Assembly (NCBI GenBank): GCA_002256025.1
Contig: NKIB01013649.1
Span: forward strand, 1 to 54,090
Reading direction: 5' to 3'
Source: Asterionella formosa
Taxonomy: Eukaryota
Length of the DNA: 54,090 nucleotides
The notes beneath the pieces are model-generated. The model was not told where the DNA came from. It saw nothing but the letters and a program-made list of their open reading frames with translations, and ran no database searches. Numbering within the stretch: the first letter of the stretch is position 1; each line of letters begins with the position of its first letter. Both the position numbers and the translations under genes were made by a program. Shown one piece after another: positions 35,437 through 48,201 of the stretch.

Positions 35437-36201
35437 TCACCACTCGCTTGTTGCCCCATCACCCTCAGTATCGGCAGCAGTTGTTGTAGTTGTAGTAGGT
35501 TCTCCTGTTTTGGTCCACCAAAAGGGATCTTGTTCACTTTTAGATGCCCAATCCTCTTGTACGGATGAAAAGTCTACAGATCCATCATCTCTAATATTAC
35601 TGCCATTATTCGATGGTGTCACCCACCACTTGGAAAAGAATTTCAGTCGTCGAGATGATGATGGATTGATGGATTCTTCATAAGTTCTGTTGTTGTTTGC
35701 ATCAGTTGTTGTCCATGGATGAGGGTCTTCTGAGGACGAGTGTAGTAAAAGGGGGTCTTGTAAAGTCGTTGTCGTAGTTGTAGTGTTCATAGTCCAAAAG
35801 AACCATAGGAACAACACTAATTCCATCATGGCAGCTAAGAATAATATAATGCAAGGTGCATTAGGAAATTGTTGAAGAAAATGCACTAGGGTGGTGGAAA
35901 GATCAAGTTGTGATGCATGTTGAATCAAGTAGGGCCCTGGTGGAATCAATAGTGACACCAACGACAACAGCAAGTACACAATGCCACTACTCATCCCTGC
36001 TATCATGATGATTGTTGTGTACTCGTCTGTCTGCAGCAGTAGTATTACGCACCGTCCCATTCGAGTCAACCCTAATAACAACAGCAATCCTGTCATCCAG
36101 TGAATGGAAATGACAATGGCATAAACCGAAAATGTCAAACCTACGATTCCATCCAGGACTTTGAGACTTGTTGCGAATCGGCAGCAACTTGGACGGTCCA
36201 T
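35437..36201 (-). CDS. Four-TM membrane protein of unknown function
   Basis: 254-aa ORF with four hydrophobic segments, a PLL motif and the tail SVDFSSVQEDWASKSEQDPFWW. Confidence 0.75.
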   Translation of the reverse strand: MDRPSCCRFATSLKVLDGIVGLTFSVYAIVISIHWMTGLLLLLGLTRMGRCVILLLQTDEYTTIIMIAGMSSGIVYLLLSLVSLLIPPGPYLIQHASQLDLSTTLVHFLQQFPNAPCIILFLAAMMELVLFLWFFWTMNTTTTTTTLQDPLLLHSSSEDPHPWTTTDANNNRTYEESINPSSSRRLKFFSKWWVTPSNNGSNIRDDGSVDFSSVQEDWASKSEQDPFWWTKTGEPTTTTTTAADTEGDGATSEW

Positions 36202-37104
36202 TTTGTTGAAAAAACTGTCTGCTTGTTGGGTAAAGGTATCAATGAAATACTGAAAGAATCGTCAAGGGAAAGTAGGAGAATCGACTTCCTTTTCTGTCGT
36301 ACCCTGATTATTGCTCTTGTGAAGCTTCAACACAGACAAGACTATCGAAACCGGTCGGTAACTCATTCATTCTATTTTCTATAACGAAAAGCCAAACACG
36401 CATTAGAAATTAGGTACCGTACCGTATGCACTTTTAATCTATATCCCGGTATATACTGGGACCAATACCGGTAGCATCTTTCGTTCCCCTAGCATTGCTT
36501 ATTAATATCCCAATTTTTATATATTTTTTATACGATTAGTTGGAGTATACCGGTACCAGTACCAGTACACTTTATTCAATCAAACGACGCGGTCACTTCC
36601 ACTATACTAATAGTTACCGGAAGGTTCTTGTAGTATGCCTGATGCTGTGTGATGGCTAGGTGTGATCAGCAGACTGACTACTAAATTATACCAGTACTAC
36701 GGTATCTATCATATTATGTATTCCTTCTGTGTTCTGTTCACGCACAGTTTTCGACTGTTGCTTGCATGATACTCCGTGCAACATCAAGCATAAAATGAAA
36801 TCATGAGAACTGTGATGTTTGATGAGACCCTGCTCACATCATTAAAGCAAAGCAAAACCTAGATTGCCATACATAAAAGCTAACAAAGTCGTAGGAGTAC
36901 TGCAAGTACTAATAATCCAAGGTTATAGGCAAAGCCACGGATACTATCATGGTCCATGGTCCTTGGTTGCCTATCGTAAACCTAGTCTATACTCCGTACT
37001 TCAAAACAAACACACACACTATGAGCAAGAATTGGTGTAAATGACTAGGTAGTAACTAGAATGCTTTCTGTTGTGTTGAACAGGCAGTGCTTTTATTCTT
37101 ATAG

Positions 37105-38934
37105 TTAACAAGAAAACGAAGGATCCATCTTTAATTTCTTTTGTTGAGATTCTTCATGATATTCCATTAAATGAGCCAAGCATTCCTCCTTGATTCCATT
37201 AGGATGCAATAGCATCCATCTGACTTGCTCCTCTAGATAAGAAGCCACAGTAGGACCTCGGGGCAAGTCTAAGGCTTTCACAATGGCGTTCCCATCCAAC
37301 AAAGGTTTCATTCTCCAGATACCATCGAGAGTTGTAACAAGTTCAATATACACATCTTGGGAGAGTGTCAGAACACTATCTACTGTTGATGTTGTGTTCT
37401 TGCAATTGCTCGTCTCAGACAGTAGTAGCACTGTGGCAGCCAAAAGAGTCGTGCTCCATAATTCCTTGGTAGATCGCATCAAGAGACCAGCATCCAATCG
37501 ACTTGTTATTTTGCCATTCCTTTTTGGAATAGAATCAACATCAACATCATCAGTAGCAGCATGTTTGAGAAGAGTACAAAAGGCATCCACGAAATTCATA
37601 ATTGTACGCATGCCATTAAGATCCTTATTATTGAATTTGATTCCCTCTCGCATCATGTATTCCACCACCATTTGTTGTTTACTCTTGTCATTCATATAAT
37701 TCAGACCACGAAATGGCAATAAGAATACAGCCAGGACCAAGAGTCTTTGATCGACTGTCGTTGCATCCGCTGTTGTCGAAACAATTTCCTGATGAGATGG
37801 AATAACAACTGTTGTTCCAAGTTGCAACAATCGTCGTGACTCCTGCCATGCCCGTTGAATATGTTCCTCCTCCATCAACGATGATGACCCGCCCTCATTA
37901 TGAAAAAACTCACCCGACAGAGTTCCTGAAACATTATTTGGAATTAAAAAGACACTTTGTGCAAGACCCAATCGTACCATGGTATCAAGTGCATCATGTG
38001 GATTGGCACCCTTCCCACTCAACATCCCTTCCAATTCTTTGCCCACACGTTCTCTACTAACTTTGAGCATCAATGCCTTATGGATGACTGACGAGCAACA
38101 TGCCGATTCCAAGTCTGGATGTAATGAAAATGAAAATCGAATAGCAAAGCGAATGGCTCTCAATACCCGAAGTGGGTCATCGTGCAGCGTTTTGATTGGA
38201 TCCAAGGGTGTGACAATCATTTTGTTGTTCATCAAATCATCCAGACCTCGACCTGTCCAATCTTCCACTTGTTCTGTTCGAATGTTATAAAACAGAGAAT
38301 TCAGCGTAAAGTCCCGTCTCTCGGCATCATCGTATGGACTTCCAAAGGTTGTGGTGGGTATTCTAGAATCATGTTCATATAACTCTTGTGAACGCAAATT
38401 ACAAAAGTCAATATCTATGCCATGTACTTTCATGGTGGCAGTTTCTAAATGTTTGGATTGGGATGGATTGGCAGAAATGACCCCCATGGTAGGGGCCTTG
38501 TGAGTCAAAGTGGTGGAACTAATGTACTGTTGTACCAACGTGGCGAATTCCACCCCCGACAAGGAATCAATGGCAATATCAATATCATATCCTTGAATTC
38601 CTAATACCTTGTCACGAACCCACCCACCTGCAACTCTGATTTGTAGCTGCTCTTTGTCGTCAACATGTTGTAATTCATGATTTGTTATAGTAGTTCTTGA
38701 CTGTTGTTGGGTTTTATTGGGTAGCACCAGTTGGCCAGAAGAAAAGCCATTGGCAGCAGCTAGTATCGTATCCAATACCTTGCATTCGGTTTCATCCAAT
38801 CGAATAATCACGGAGGGGTGAGAAATGGTAGTAGTACTAGTAGTAGTCGTAGTATTACTAACATTAGTAGGATCCTGACCAGGACGAAGGACGAGGGTGG
38901 GAACAGCTGCCGTAGATGGAGTTGTTGTTGCCAT
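37105..38934 (-). CDS. CCA1: CCA-adding tRNA nucleotidyltransferase (class II)
   Basis: RVAGGWVRDK, DIDIA, NPSQSKHLETA, DFCNLR, DAERRDFTLNSLFYN, DDPLRVLRAIRFA and KVSRERVGKE motifs. First ATG at 38934; the frame is open to 39114. Confidence 0.92.
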   Translation of the reverse strand: MATTTPSTAAVPTLVLRPGQDPTNVSNTTTTTSTTTISHPSVIIRLDETECKVLDTILAAANGFSSGQLVLPNKTQQQSRTTITNHELQHVDDKEQLQIRVAGGWVRDKVLGIQGYDIDIAIDSLSGVEFATLVQQYISSTTLTHKAPTMGVISANPSQSKHLETATMKVHGIDIDFCNLRSQELYEHDSRIPTTTFGSPYDDAERRDFTLNSLFYNIRTEQVEDWTGRGLDDLMNNKMIVTPLDPIKTLHDDPLRVLRAIRFAIRFSFSLHPDLESACCSSVIHKALMLKVSRERVGKELEGMLSGKGANPHDALDTMVRLGLAQSVFLIPNNVSGTLSGEFFHNEGGSSSLMEEEHIQRAWQESRRLLQLGTTVVIPSHQEIVSTTADATTVDQRLLVLAVFLLPFRGLNYMNDKSKQQMVVEYMMREGIKFNNKDLNGMRTIMNFVDAFCTLLKHAATDDVDVDSIPKRNGKITSRLDAGLLMRSTKELWSTTLLAATVLLLSETSNCKNTTSTVDSVLTLSQDVYIELVTTLDGIWRMKPLLDGNAIVKALDLPRGPTVASYLEEQVRWMLLHPNGIKEECLAHLMEYHEESQQKKLKMDPSFSC

Positions 38935-39449
38935 GTTGGCGCGTCCGCTGTTTCTATAATAGTAAGATACCGGTAATAGTGCCAGACCTAACGATCTTAC
39001 ATATAATGATCGGGTGCGACAAGGACAAGGAGAAGGAATGGAGCAAAGGGCAAGGACAAAGCGAAGAGTGATTGCAGATTGATAGTCCACTATTACTCCA
39101 TGATGGGAAAACAAAACGGAATCTTGATGAGAATATCAGAGCGAGGAGAATTTGACTTGACACAACTAACTAACATTTTGCATGTGTACTACATAATTTT
39201 GTACATGAGATTGAACATGACAACCTAGTACGGGTATGTAGCACACTACGTAGTTGTAGATGGGAAGCACATACCGGTACTACAATCTGACATGTGGCAG
39301 CAACGCTGCTGCCAGGCACAGATCTACTTGGTAAGCAATTGTCACTCCTGCTCCTGGTTGTTGAATGCATCATCCCGTTGCTTCAGGAATCGCCACTTGG
39401 TCATTCAATCAAACAGACAATACCTGCTACCAGAAAGCACACAAGCTCT

Positions 39450-39750
39450 CTGGCAGTACAGTATAGCCACATGCAATCATAGTGAAAGCACTCTCGCTCC
39501 TTGGCACAATCACAGGACCCTTGTTTTAAACACTCCCTCTAGTTTTCGCCTTTCAGTCCTCAAAGAATGCACCTTTCACCTTTCACCAGATTGTTAAACC
39601 AGCCAGTTCCCTCCTGCTATTCAAGACCTTTCCTCTACACACCAACAACAGTCTACCAAACAGCCAAGCATCCAAACAGCCTTTCCTCCATGAAAACAAA
39701 TTCGCAAGCAAGGCCTTGCTTAAAATAGTAGTAGTCCAGTACACACACCA
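39450..39750 (-). mobile_element. Possible non-LTR retrotransposon 3' fragment
   Basis: NLFSWRKG and QEGTGWFNNLVKG resemble the Q..IGW..F..G motif of LINE C-termini. Heavily degraded. Confidence 0.3.
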
Positions 39751-39754
39751 TTGG

Positions 39755-41734
39755 CATCTTATGATTATGATCATTTGATCATATTATTTCAGTATATTAT
39801 CTAATTAGTATGATAATGATAATTGTAAACTAAATAGCAACTGTTTTGACTCGCTGGTGTGCATATTCAACAATTATGTATTTTTATTTTTATATTGTAC
39901 CTAATTTGCTATTGTATTTAAGTTTTCTCATAGGATGATGTACCAGGAAAAGAAATGGGATTTTTAGTTCATAAATCATCTTTTGCTCTGTTCGCAACAC
40001 TGAAACAGCAATGCCAAATGGAATGATTGGCTGATAGCTAGCACCTTCAATTATTCTTCAGGTTATCATGATTGTTTGTTCAATAGTTATCACGCAGCAG
40101 TTAGTAATATAGTATGTTTGTAGGTGTTCTGTGATGTTTTCATAGAGAAATCATATGTACTATAGCACGCAACAAGCGACAGAACTACAAATGGTATTAA
40201 AAAGTCATTCAATTTGTAGAAAACGATATTTTAGAACATATTTCATCCAGAATTCAAACACAACGCACCAAAGAGGCACGAAAGAGCACGACGAATGAAA
40301 GGACCCAAAATGTAAGAGACATTCCTGGCTGGTGAGGACATTTTGATTGAAAGTAATTTCGATTCATACTTCGACCTAATTGTTGTATCTGCGCCAAAAG
40401 ACCAAGTTAAATATCATAAAAGTCTTGAAAGATGATTAATTATTACCAGATGACGCACAACAATTCATCTACTAAATTTTGCGACTCTGTCCAAGGATTT
40501 ACCGGTAGTATCACTCTACCAGTGATACCCAACAAGGAGAAGCAATCAACACATGATGATAACCTTGAAAGTGAGAAGATTGAGTCAGTGAGATATTTGA
40601 ATACAACTAATAAACTAGTAGCTGCTTTGTCTGTCAAGAGATTGATTAAAACAATTAATCAATGTTTTATTGATTCATATATCGAAGAAAAAGAATTTCT
40701 TGAGAACATCAGCATCATGAAAAATCCTGACAAATCTTTTTGTGCTAAAAAATATTTCCCAATCAATCTTTCATCTCACTGAATCTTCCGAAAACAATAC
40801 ACAACTGCAACGATGGATAGAGTTTATGCCACCTATTGATTTGATTGGTATTACAAAAAAGAAGTACTCCATTTTAAATCACTTGAATATTGGGATTTTG
40901 AAACGGTTGTTTCCTGTATCCAATATCTGGTTCATGAACTACCTCCAACTGACGTTCATGTAAGATAACCCAGAAGAAGACATTGGTGGAATGGTTTATA
41001 ACGGCAGCTGTTACCCACTTATTCGTGTCAACGAAAAAGCGATAATTGTCAAAAAAAGGAAAAGATCACGACCTGGAAACAAATCATTTTGTCCACAATC
41101 TTTTCGCACTCGATGATGGAATATGTAAAATCCGGAAACATGGAGAAGATGCAATCGTGGACGATCATTTTGATCCAGTATTTCATATTGCTCAAAAGTA
41201 TTGGATGCAATTGGGATAAAGAAGTCTTTCCCTCCTACTCAAAAAGCATCATCTTCCAGAAGGGATGATACCGAAATCAGATTCCTTTTATTTTCATTTT
41301 GACAAATGCTCATGATTTCACATTATTTCATTCAGAACGTGATAGCAGATGGTCATGTGGACCATTTCCAGTGGTGAAAGTTTTGGAAACTCTTTTACAA
41401 CTTCAAAGAAAAAATGTAATCTCCATTTTTGGTCATCGTGAAAAATTTGAGCGACTTGTAAAGATGTCTCAATAATCATGATGCTTGTTTCATGTATTTG
41501 AATCATTTTTAAGAAATTATGGAAGCCAATGGTGTTATGATTATGATTGTATGATCATACATATAGGTATTAAGAGTATGATTGTATGATTGTACTTATA
41601 GGTATTAATAGTATGATTGTACTAATAGTATGAATTGATCATAGATAAAACCTAAACAATTTCATGTATGGAAAATCCTGTGCCACTTAGTGCTGATCCT
41701 ATGCACACCAGCATGATACTGTTAATTTGCAGAC
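39755..41734 (+). mobile_element. Third, older member of the 1061-4945 family with a different interior
   Basis: 39755-39950 resembles 1094-1270 (TAGGATRATGTACCAG). 41528-41734 resembles 4760-4945 (GAAAATCCTGTGCCACTTAG, ending ATTTGCAGAC). The extreme left TIR is missing. Confidence 0.65.
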
Positions 41735-41749
41735 TGGGTGTGGATGTGT

Positions 41750-42580
41750 TCGTTTCTAGATGAATTGACCATGCGAACAAGGCCGCTTCTTCATTGAACA
41801 ATCTATCTGTCCTTATGAGACACAGAAGGCCCAGAAAGGTATGACAAACACACCCTGTTTTCTTGCAGGGTTGTGGAAATGTGAGAAGAGTTTGCAGTAG
41901 ACATCGAGCAAAAGCTGGAAGTGTGGAGCTATGTATGGTCTTTGAATGTTGCTTCAAGGAGGAGCCTTGTTGGCAGAAGAGAAAATTTTTGATTCCTGTA
42001 TGTGACTCTCCAATCTACCAAATTCCTCGCATGAACATGCTGTGAGTGGCGATTTTTCTGTTGTGGCTTGTCATTTGGTGTTGAACTTGATGGAGATACA
42101 GGTTGACTTGATTTGTTCATGTATTCACCATCTATATCCCTTTTGTGCCAGATTTGTTCGGTCTGTGCAGATCCTAAATTGCCAGGCTTTTTGGACCAAG
42201 ATACATAACAAAGAGATATCATCCTGGGTATTTGGCTGAAAAATGGTCCATTTCTCAGGGGAAACATACACCACTGGTGACAGCTGGTGTAATCAGTGGT
42301 GTTATAGGTGGTACAATTGGTGATGATAGTACTGGAAGTTGATATGGTGGTTTGAAAGATGAAAGAATGTTTGGTGTTGATGGATTTTGAATTAGCGGTA
42401 TGAAATGTGGTGCATAAAAATTGAATAGTAAGGCAGTAGTGTTACTAGAGATTCTAAAAAAGGTTCAGTGGGTGATGTGGCTGGTGGTTGTACTAGTGGT
42501 GATAAAGGTAGTTGTATTGGAGAAGTCAATGGTGGTTATACTGGTCGAGTGACTGGTGCTTGCACTGATGGTGTGACGGG
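41750..42580 (-). pseudogene. Decayed Pro-rich stalk plus possible Hint (hedgehog/intein) domain gene
   Basis: Minus strand reads PVTPSVQAPVT..QPP repeats, then GVCFP*E, SLAI*D, THSMF and KQGVFVIPF, in the order expected for Hint motifs (CFxG, LxIGD, HxxF, GVYAPFT). Confidence 0.35.
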
Positions 42581-42584
42581 TCTT

Positions 42585-42766
42585 TCAGGGAGGTACGTGA
42601 AACTCCGTACTTCCTCGCTTTTGTGTATCGTGCACAGACCTCGCTGTTTTTTCAGAAATTTTGCAAAATTCTAGTCGCGCGTCCTTCTTGAATTCGTCGA
42701 ATCGAGTTTGAGCTCTAATCAGGCATTAAACATTCATGGGCAATATGAACATTGCTCATCAGACGG
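42585..42766 (-). mobile_element. Partial MITE, inverted copy of 52056-52305
   Basis: Reverse complement aligns with 52056-52305, with deletions. Terminus CATTGCTCATCAGACGG followed by TA. Confidence 0.8.
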
Positions 42767-44088
42767 TACCCTGGTACCAGTTATACCGGTGTCCGGTACC
42801 GGTACCGGTACCGATACCTGCAAGTTGCGGTAAAATTGCCGAAATGACGATTTGGACATCTCGGATATCCACGCCTAAAGATCAAATACTAAAGTATATA
42901 ATCTGGCTAGCTCGGAAAACGGTTATCTTTGATTCGTGGCATGATCGTTTTGAATACTATTTTACCGGTATGCTAGAATTTGATTTGGCAGGAACTATTT
43001 TAGGGTCAACCTCATTCCCCCAATCCAAAACTCCCCAATTGAAAAACCCCCAATCTAAAAAAAATTGGGGGGTTTTACCGGAGAGCTAGATTCCATCGGG
43101 GTCAGATGCGGGCACAGGAGAGGGATCAAAGAACATGATCGTTGACCACCTCCGATGAGTGCACACGTCCGGGAATACATATAGCGGTAGCGGTTCATGC
43201 ACATACGGTTCTATGTATAATATGTATGCTCTGCCTACATACCACCGAGTATAAGAATTATACAATCGCTCATGAATCGAACATTAGAAATTTCCCATTA
43301 CCATGATAAAATGATTATTAATTTTCGATTTTGTACAACTGCTTAACACTTTTATAAGTTTCTCAGATAGAATACACGTGTCGCTAGCAATTAGTCAAAG
43401 AAACGAACTTGTAGCTTTGATATTCATTGCGAAATAGCTAAAATGGCGTTCGACCGCAATGACAATATCTCCATGATTTCTTGCTGGATCAAAACCCGAG
43501 TACATAACCGTTATACATCAAGGAGACATATTCTATAATATCAGAAGCTGAAAACAACAATTGGTTTATAATTCGTGATTCATCTGTTTACAATAGGCGT
43601 ATCATCACTGTCATGATGTTGCTGGTATGGTACCAAACCAGCAATCATCATGTTCCAAGAACATACATGCTTGTAGCTATTCTTTACTAAAAACCATTTA
43701 CTGACATGAAGTCAATTGTACCAGGTTGGAGTACCTGGTACCATTATGAATCGGTAGTTGATACCAGTATGCAGCACACTGTGCCAGTATTGACAATTAA
43801 TTCTACCCCCAATACTACCATTTTTTCCGTAGTGAAAGCTAGTGCACTGGTAGTTTACTAGGATGACGTACAAAGCATGCACTGGAGTATGGGTCTCGAT
43901 CATTTTTGGCTTGGCAGTTGCGTCATGTCAAATATCGCCTGCATGTAAATAGCCACAATACACCGGTTTATGCATGCTATCATTTCATGCATGGGAAAAT
44001 AAAATAAGGTCAGAATGTATATTGTAAATCAAAGGAAAATGGAATGTAAGCATGTAGTAGTTTCCTAATAGTTAATGTATAAGTCTAG

Positions 44089-45630
44089 TTAGACACGTAG
44101 TTGTGGATGCCCACCATTGCGGCGATCTTTTAACAATTGGTTGAGAATTTGAGTAACAGTCGTCTCTGGACCATATAGGCCTCATAGATTCGGTCGATTG
44201 CAGCATGTGCAGTATACCCAGCTTGAACAAGACCTGCTACTGTATCCCAGAAAACCTTACATTTTCGACATTTGAATTCAGGATGTTGTTTGCATTTGTT
44301 ATGCCAAAAGCAAAATTAGAAACACTGTCCCTGAGCATTTTTGCCGGCACCCAGGAAAGTCGATGCAAGCTTGTCTGCATCTTGCCCATCCCTTTGGTCA
44401 CGGTGCTTGTAAGGATGGAAATCTGGCTTTGAATCTCCTTCACCTCTTGTTGAATCTCCCTTTTCTGTGAGTACAGCCCAAGGAATTCATTCTTTTTCCG
44501 GTTCCTCTGAATAAATGCATTGACGGCTTGTTCTGTTGGTGCTTCTGTACGCCGCCTCCTCCATTATTTACTGTTGAAAGTGCAGCTACTCCTGTTGACA
44601 CGTCAGCGACTTCTTCGCCCTCATTTTCCAAAAAATCATCTGGATCCCAGATCTCGTCAATGTAGAGTTCCGCCTCTGCATCATTCACAACAATTAGCCA
44701 TTTCCCCACAGGATTTGTACCTGGTGGTAGATTACATACAAGTGAGTATGCCATCTGGACCCGTTGTGTCAGCTTGCCTGGTAAGAAACCCAGTAGACTT
44801 GGCTCAAAAACCGCCCAAACAACAAGGAGTGGACGTGCCAGAGTTAGTGTCACATTACGTGGAAACTCCATGTATATATTTGGCACTACATATTGCAGAA
44901 GCCAATCATCAGACACACCGCTTTCTTCATTCAGAACATATTTGCATGGACCGCCAATACAAAGGGCTGCCGCAACCTTGGCGTCTGGATAAGGTAGCTC
45001 AACATCAATGTCAGTGTCAACTTGTTCTGTGCGCCGTTTCGAGCGTCCACAGAAGGCAACATCATCCCGGGAGCAGCCATTTCGATGTGTACGTGTTGAT
45101 GGGTACTTCCAAAGGCTGTGTGTGCCAATCAAACATTGTTCATTAGTTTGAACTCACTGCTTTCCCATACATCATCGCGCAGAGTTGTTTTAGCATTTGA
45201 TGGATTGTTGGTTTGTAGCGAAAACACCCATGGATTTTCTGGTGATGCGCCTTGCTCCATACATTCTGTCTCAAGATGAATGGCCAAGGCAAGGATAATG
45301 CAATAGTCTTGCGACATGGATGCAATGATTACCTAGTTTGGTGCCTCCCTCTCTTCTTAGCGTTTTTTGTCCAACACAGCTTGGCCATCAGAGTGAAAGG
45401 AAATTGAAGATTTGCAGTTAGGTTTATTTTTGTCAATTGCACACAATCGTCAGTTTGGCCAACCATGTAGAATTGAAAGGCACACAGTGCAGGCAACTGA
45501 TACCGACAGATACTGTCCTTCAATGAATGAAGGATATGCATTGTATTGGAGAACTCTTGGGATTCTAGGGGTCGCCTTGCTTGTGATGGATTCACTTGTC
45601 TGCGCACTTCCTTTTTTTACTATCTTGGGG
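44089..45630 (-). pseudogene. CryptonS-type tyrosine recombinase with GCR1_C-like tail, inactivated
   Basis: Motifs in order across frames: SQARRPL, AFQFYMVGQTDD, KLCWTKN, DYCIILALAIHLE, GTHSLWK, DTDIDVELPYPDAKVAAALCIGGPCKY, AIDRIYEAYG..VTQIL..DRRNGGHPQL*. Confidence 0.8.
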
Positions 45631-45710
45631 AAAAAAAAAAACTATGAATTCGGAGGCAGTTATTAAATGTTGAAGTATATTTGTAATAATTTGTATTGTG
45701 ACGATTAGTG

Positions 45711-46473
45711 CTACTTCTCTGTACTTAAAGGAATATCCCAACCAATCAATTTCCATTGATTTTGTGGTGGTAATGCAATATAATAATCTGTATTTTCCAT
45801 GGCTTCAACTGTTTCTCTTTTACTCATACATTTACTGATTGTAGCTGGTGCTAAAGCTGGAACTACAAATGCTGTGGAAAGAATGTTGTTATGCTCAACA
45901 ATGCTTAATCTAGTCTTCTCATCACAAATGTAATGAACTGTAGCAAAAAACATGCGATGATGGGCTGGAATGACAGTGATATTCCTCAAAGAACGTATAG
46001 ATGCAAGGAGTGTTTTTTTCATCTGAATAAACAATGTTTCCCCATAAAAGTAATTTTGCTGGTACACTGTAATTTTTCCCATTTCGACTTTCCCAATTCA
46101 CTTCAATCCAATCAAACCAAGAATTTGATTGATGAAGCCTCTTGTCCTGTTTGTTCCATTTTGGATTACATCTTAAAATTGTTTTCGTACCGTCATCTTT
46201 GGATATTATAGTAACATGATAATAGAAACTGATTCGATCTGTCTCTACAGACGTAGTTTCAGTAGAATATTTGTCCTTGCACCGCTGTACGGCATAATTT
46301 ACAAGGTTCTGAACGGCAGGTTTACCATGTTCGTTGTCTGGGTGAAACAAGCGGTAGTATACTGTCCCATCTGAGCGTTTTCGTTGTGTACACAGTTGTT
46401 TAATACCGCCGGAAATGTACCAAATTCCACATTGTTCTTTCTCCGCTGAGAAAGATAATTGTTTGGGCTTCAC
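45711..46473 (-). pseudogene. C-terminal relic of a Plavaka-like transposase
   Basis: ILRCNPKW...SWFDWIEVNW...VPAKLLLW (cf. RxHPxY..PW(Y/F)DW..V.W..PAKIL), continuing after a frameshift in 45711-46082. Confidence 0.5.
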
Positions 46474-46853
46474 AACAATGGATGCCTCTGCTTCCTTTCT
46501 AGTATTTATCGAATTTGTATCTTCAAATTCAGATTCATCTGATTAAACTGTATCAACAGTGACATGGTGTAAACACTGGGGAAGAGAACTTTCCTGGCAA
46601 GTGAATATTGTCTTCCTTCATAACTCCTCAATAATATATCATGTTGGAGACAATGTGTATGGTGACCATTGACTCGTTTACTTGGCCGTTTTAATTTCTC
46701 TTTCAAGAATCTGCACTATCGATAGCGTGCGAATGTCAAGTTGTCAAGAGAAACGTGACTGTAACAGAACAAGGAAGCAGAAAGGGATAATGGTCTGTCA
46801 ACTATAGGATTAGACAGTGCGCAGCACCGACATACTCAGTAATAGACATTAGA

Positions 46854-47085
46854 TTGGTAGCGCAAAGCTACAGTTTCATAGTACCAGCGTAGTAATAGGG
46901 ACAGTTTCACAGTAGCCACATCATGTTCCAACCGGGTATTGAGACAAGGGGAAGAAGGGAATGCTGGTAGGTCAAACCTACAGTTTCACAGTACCAGTGT
47001 AGTAATAAGTACAGTTCACAGAAGTCATGTCATGTTCCGACCGGGTATTGAGACAAGGGGAAGAAGGAAATGCTGGTAGGGCAAG
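46854..47085. repeat. Tandem duplication, ~110-bp period
   Basis: CTACAGTTTCAYAGTACCAG...CCGGGTATTGAGACAAGGGGAAGAAGG at 46868 and 46978. Confidence 0.9.
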
Positions 47086-47141
47086 GAATGTTTTATTTGT
47101 AATTGAACGCTATTAATAACTATTTATAAGATAGCATCTTT

Positions 47142-48201
47142 TTATTTTGTGAGATGTTTGAATGGCCGCCAACTACTATCGCCAAGTTCCTCATCCTCTT
47201 CTTCAAAGTCAAGGAGGTTGGTAGAATTTACGATCTTGGATGTATCTGAAGGTATGGGATCATTCCTTACAAACTTGTTATGTTCTTGATTGTAATTTTC
47301 CCAGTCATGCGCTGTCAACTCTTGAAAACGAAAATAATCTTGCCTACCTTCAATGTCGGGCTTACCCTCACTGTTTGATACTCGTTCCTTTTCGATTGCG
47401 TTCTGTTGTTCAATATTAACAAGAAGCTCTCTGTAGTACTTCAGTGTTTCATCATTCCAGCAAAACTTCAAACCATTGACTCGTCATGAACTGTTTCCAT
47501 TAAGGTTATTGCGTCCCTATGCAGATCCGCCAATCAAAACAATTTCTTCATAGGTAGTGGCGTTAAGGAACTGTTCAGGAATATCAGTATCTTCATCCAG
47601 ATACTGAAAAATTTTCAGGGTGCTGTTAACTAGAAATTTACCGCGAACACTCAGGAAAGTACAGGCCTCTGTGCTGGGATGAATGGAATCACCAACATGG
47701 GTGCCATCAAGAAGACACTTTCCTTGCTTGCTGAGCCTGTGCTTGAAGGATCTTACTGGACCCAGTAAGTAATGATCATGACTCTTGATTCCTGTTTGGA
47801 AGAAGCTGATAGGAGCTAAAAATAGGAGGAAAGCCCAGTAGTAATCGGAAGAACGATCACAAGTGTCCAGGTGAACAAACATCACTCCTTCCTTGAATGG
47901 GTGAATAAAAAGGCGGCACCTTCTTGTTACCAGGAGAGGACAGTTCTAACAAAATGTCAACATTGTCAGAATCTGAATCTTGATGATGATCTCGCTGCTT
48001 TGTTGAAGCAGTTGTATTTGTTACAAACTCTTCGTACTCATGATACAATTTCGTTGCAGGAGTAACCAAACGCCTGCTATGTTTGACATGAATAGAAAGG
48101 CTTTTTCGAATGTTTTCATCCTGGTAACTGTTGCGGTACTTCTTCTGAGACAAGTTATCAACTCTAGAATTATCGCTTCTTTTTATTCCTTTACCGGACA
48201 T
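47142..48201 (-). pseudogene. Frameshifted transposon accessory ORF
   Basis: Three abutting ORFs (48201-47857, 47885-47517, 47471-47142). HPSTEA..N and CWNDETLKYYRELL resemble the SDEAF..EN / GWS.EG..RFNEL pattern recalled from diatom TE accessory proteins. Acidic tail. Confidence 0.45.

Noticed and set aside
7360..38934. tRNA-maturation gene cluster (MnmA, CCA enzyme, tRNA-like element)
   Set aside because: Spread over ~30 kb among unrelated genes in a eukaryote; likely coincidence.
43140..43190. Hammerhead ribozyme (CCGATGAG core-like)
   Set aside because: No correctly placed GAAA or supporting stems; the same holds for the CTGATGAG hits I checked elsewhere.
44520..45146. 208-aa plus-strand ORF
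   Set aside because: Antisense to the Crypton recombinase relic, with no motifs of its own.
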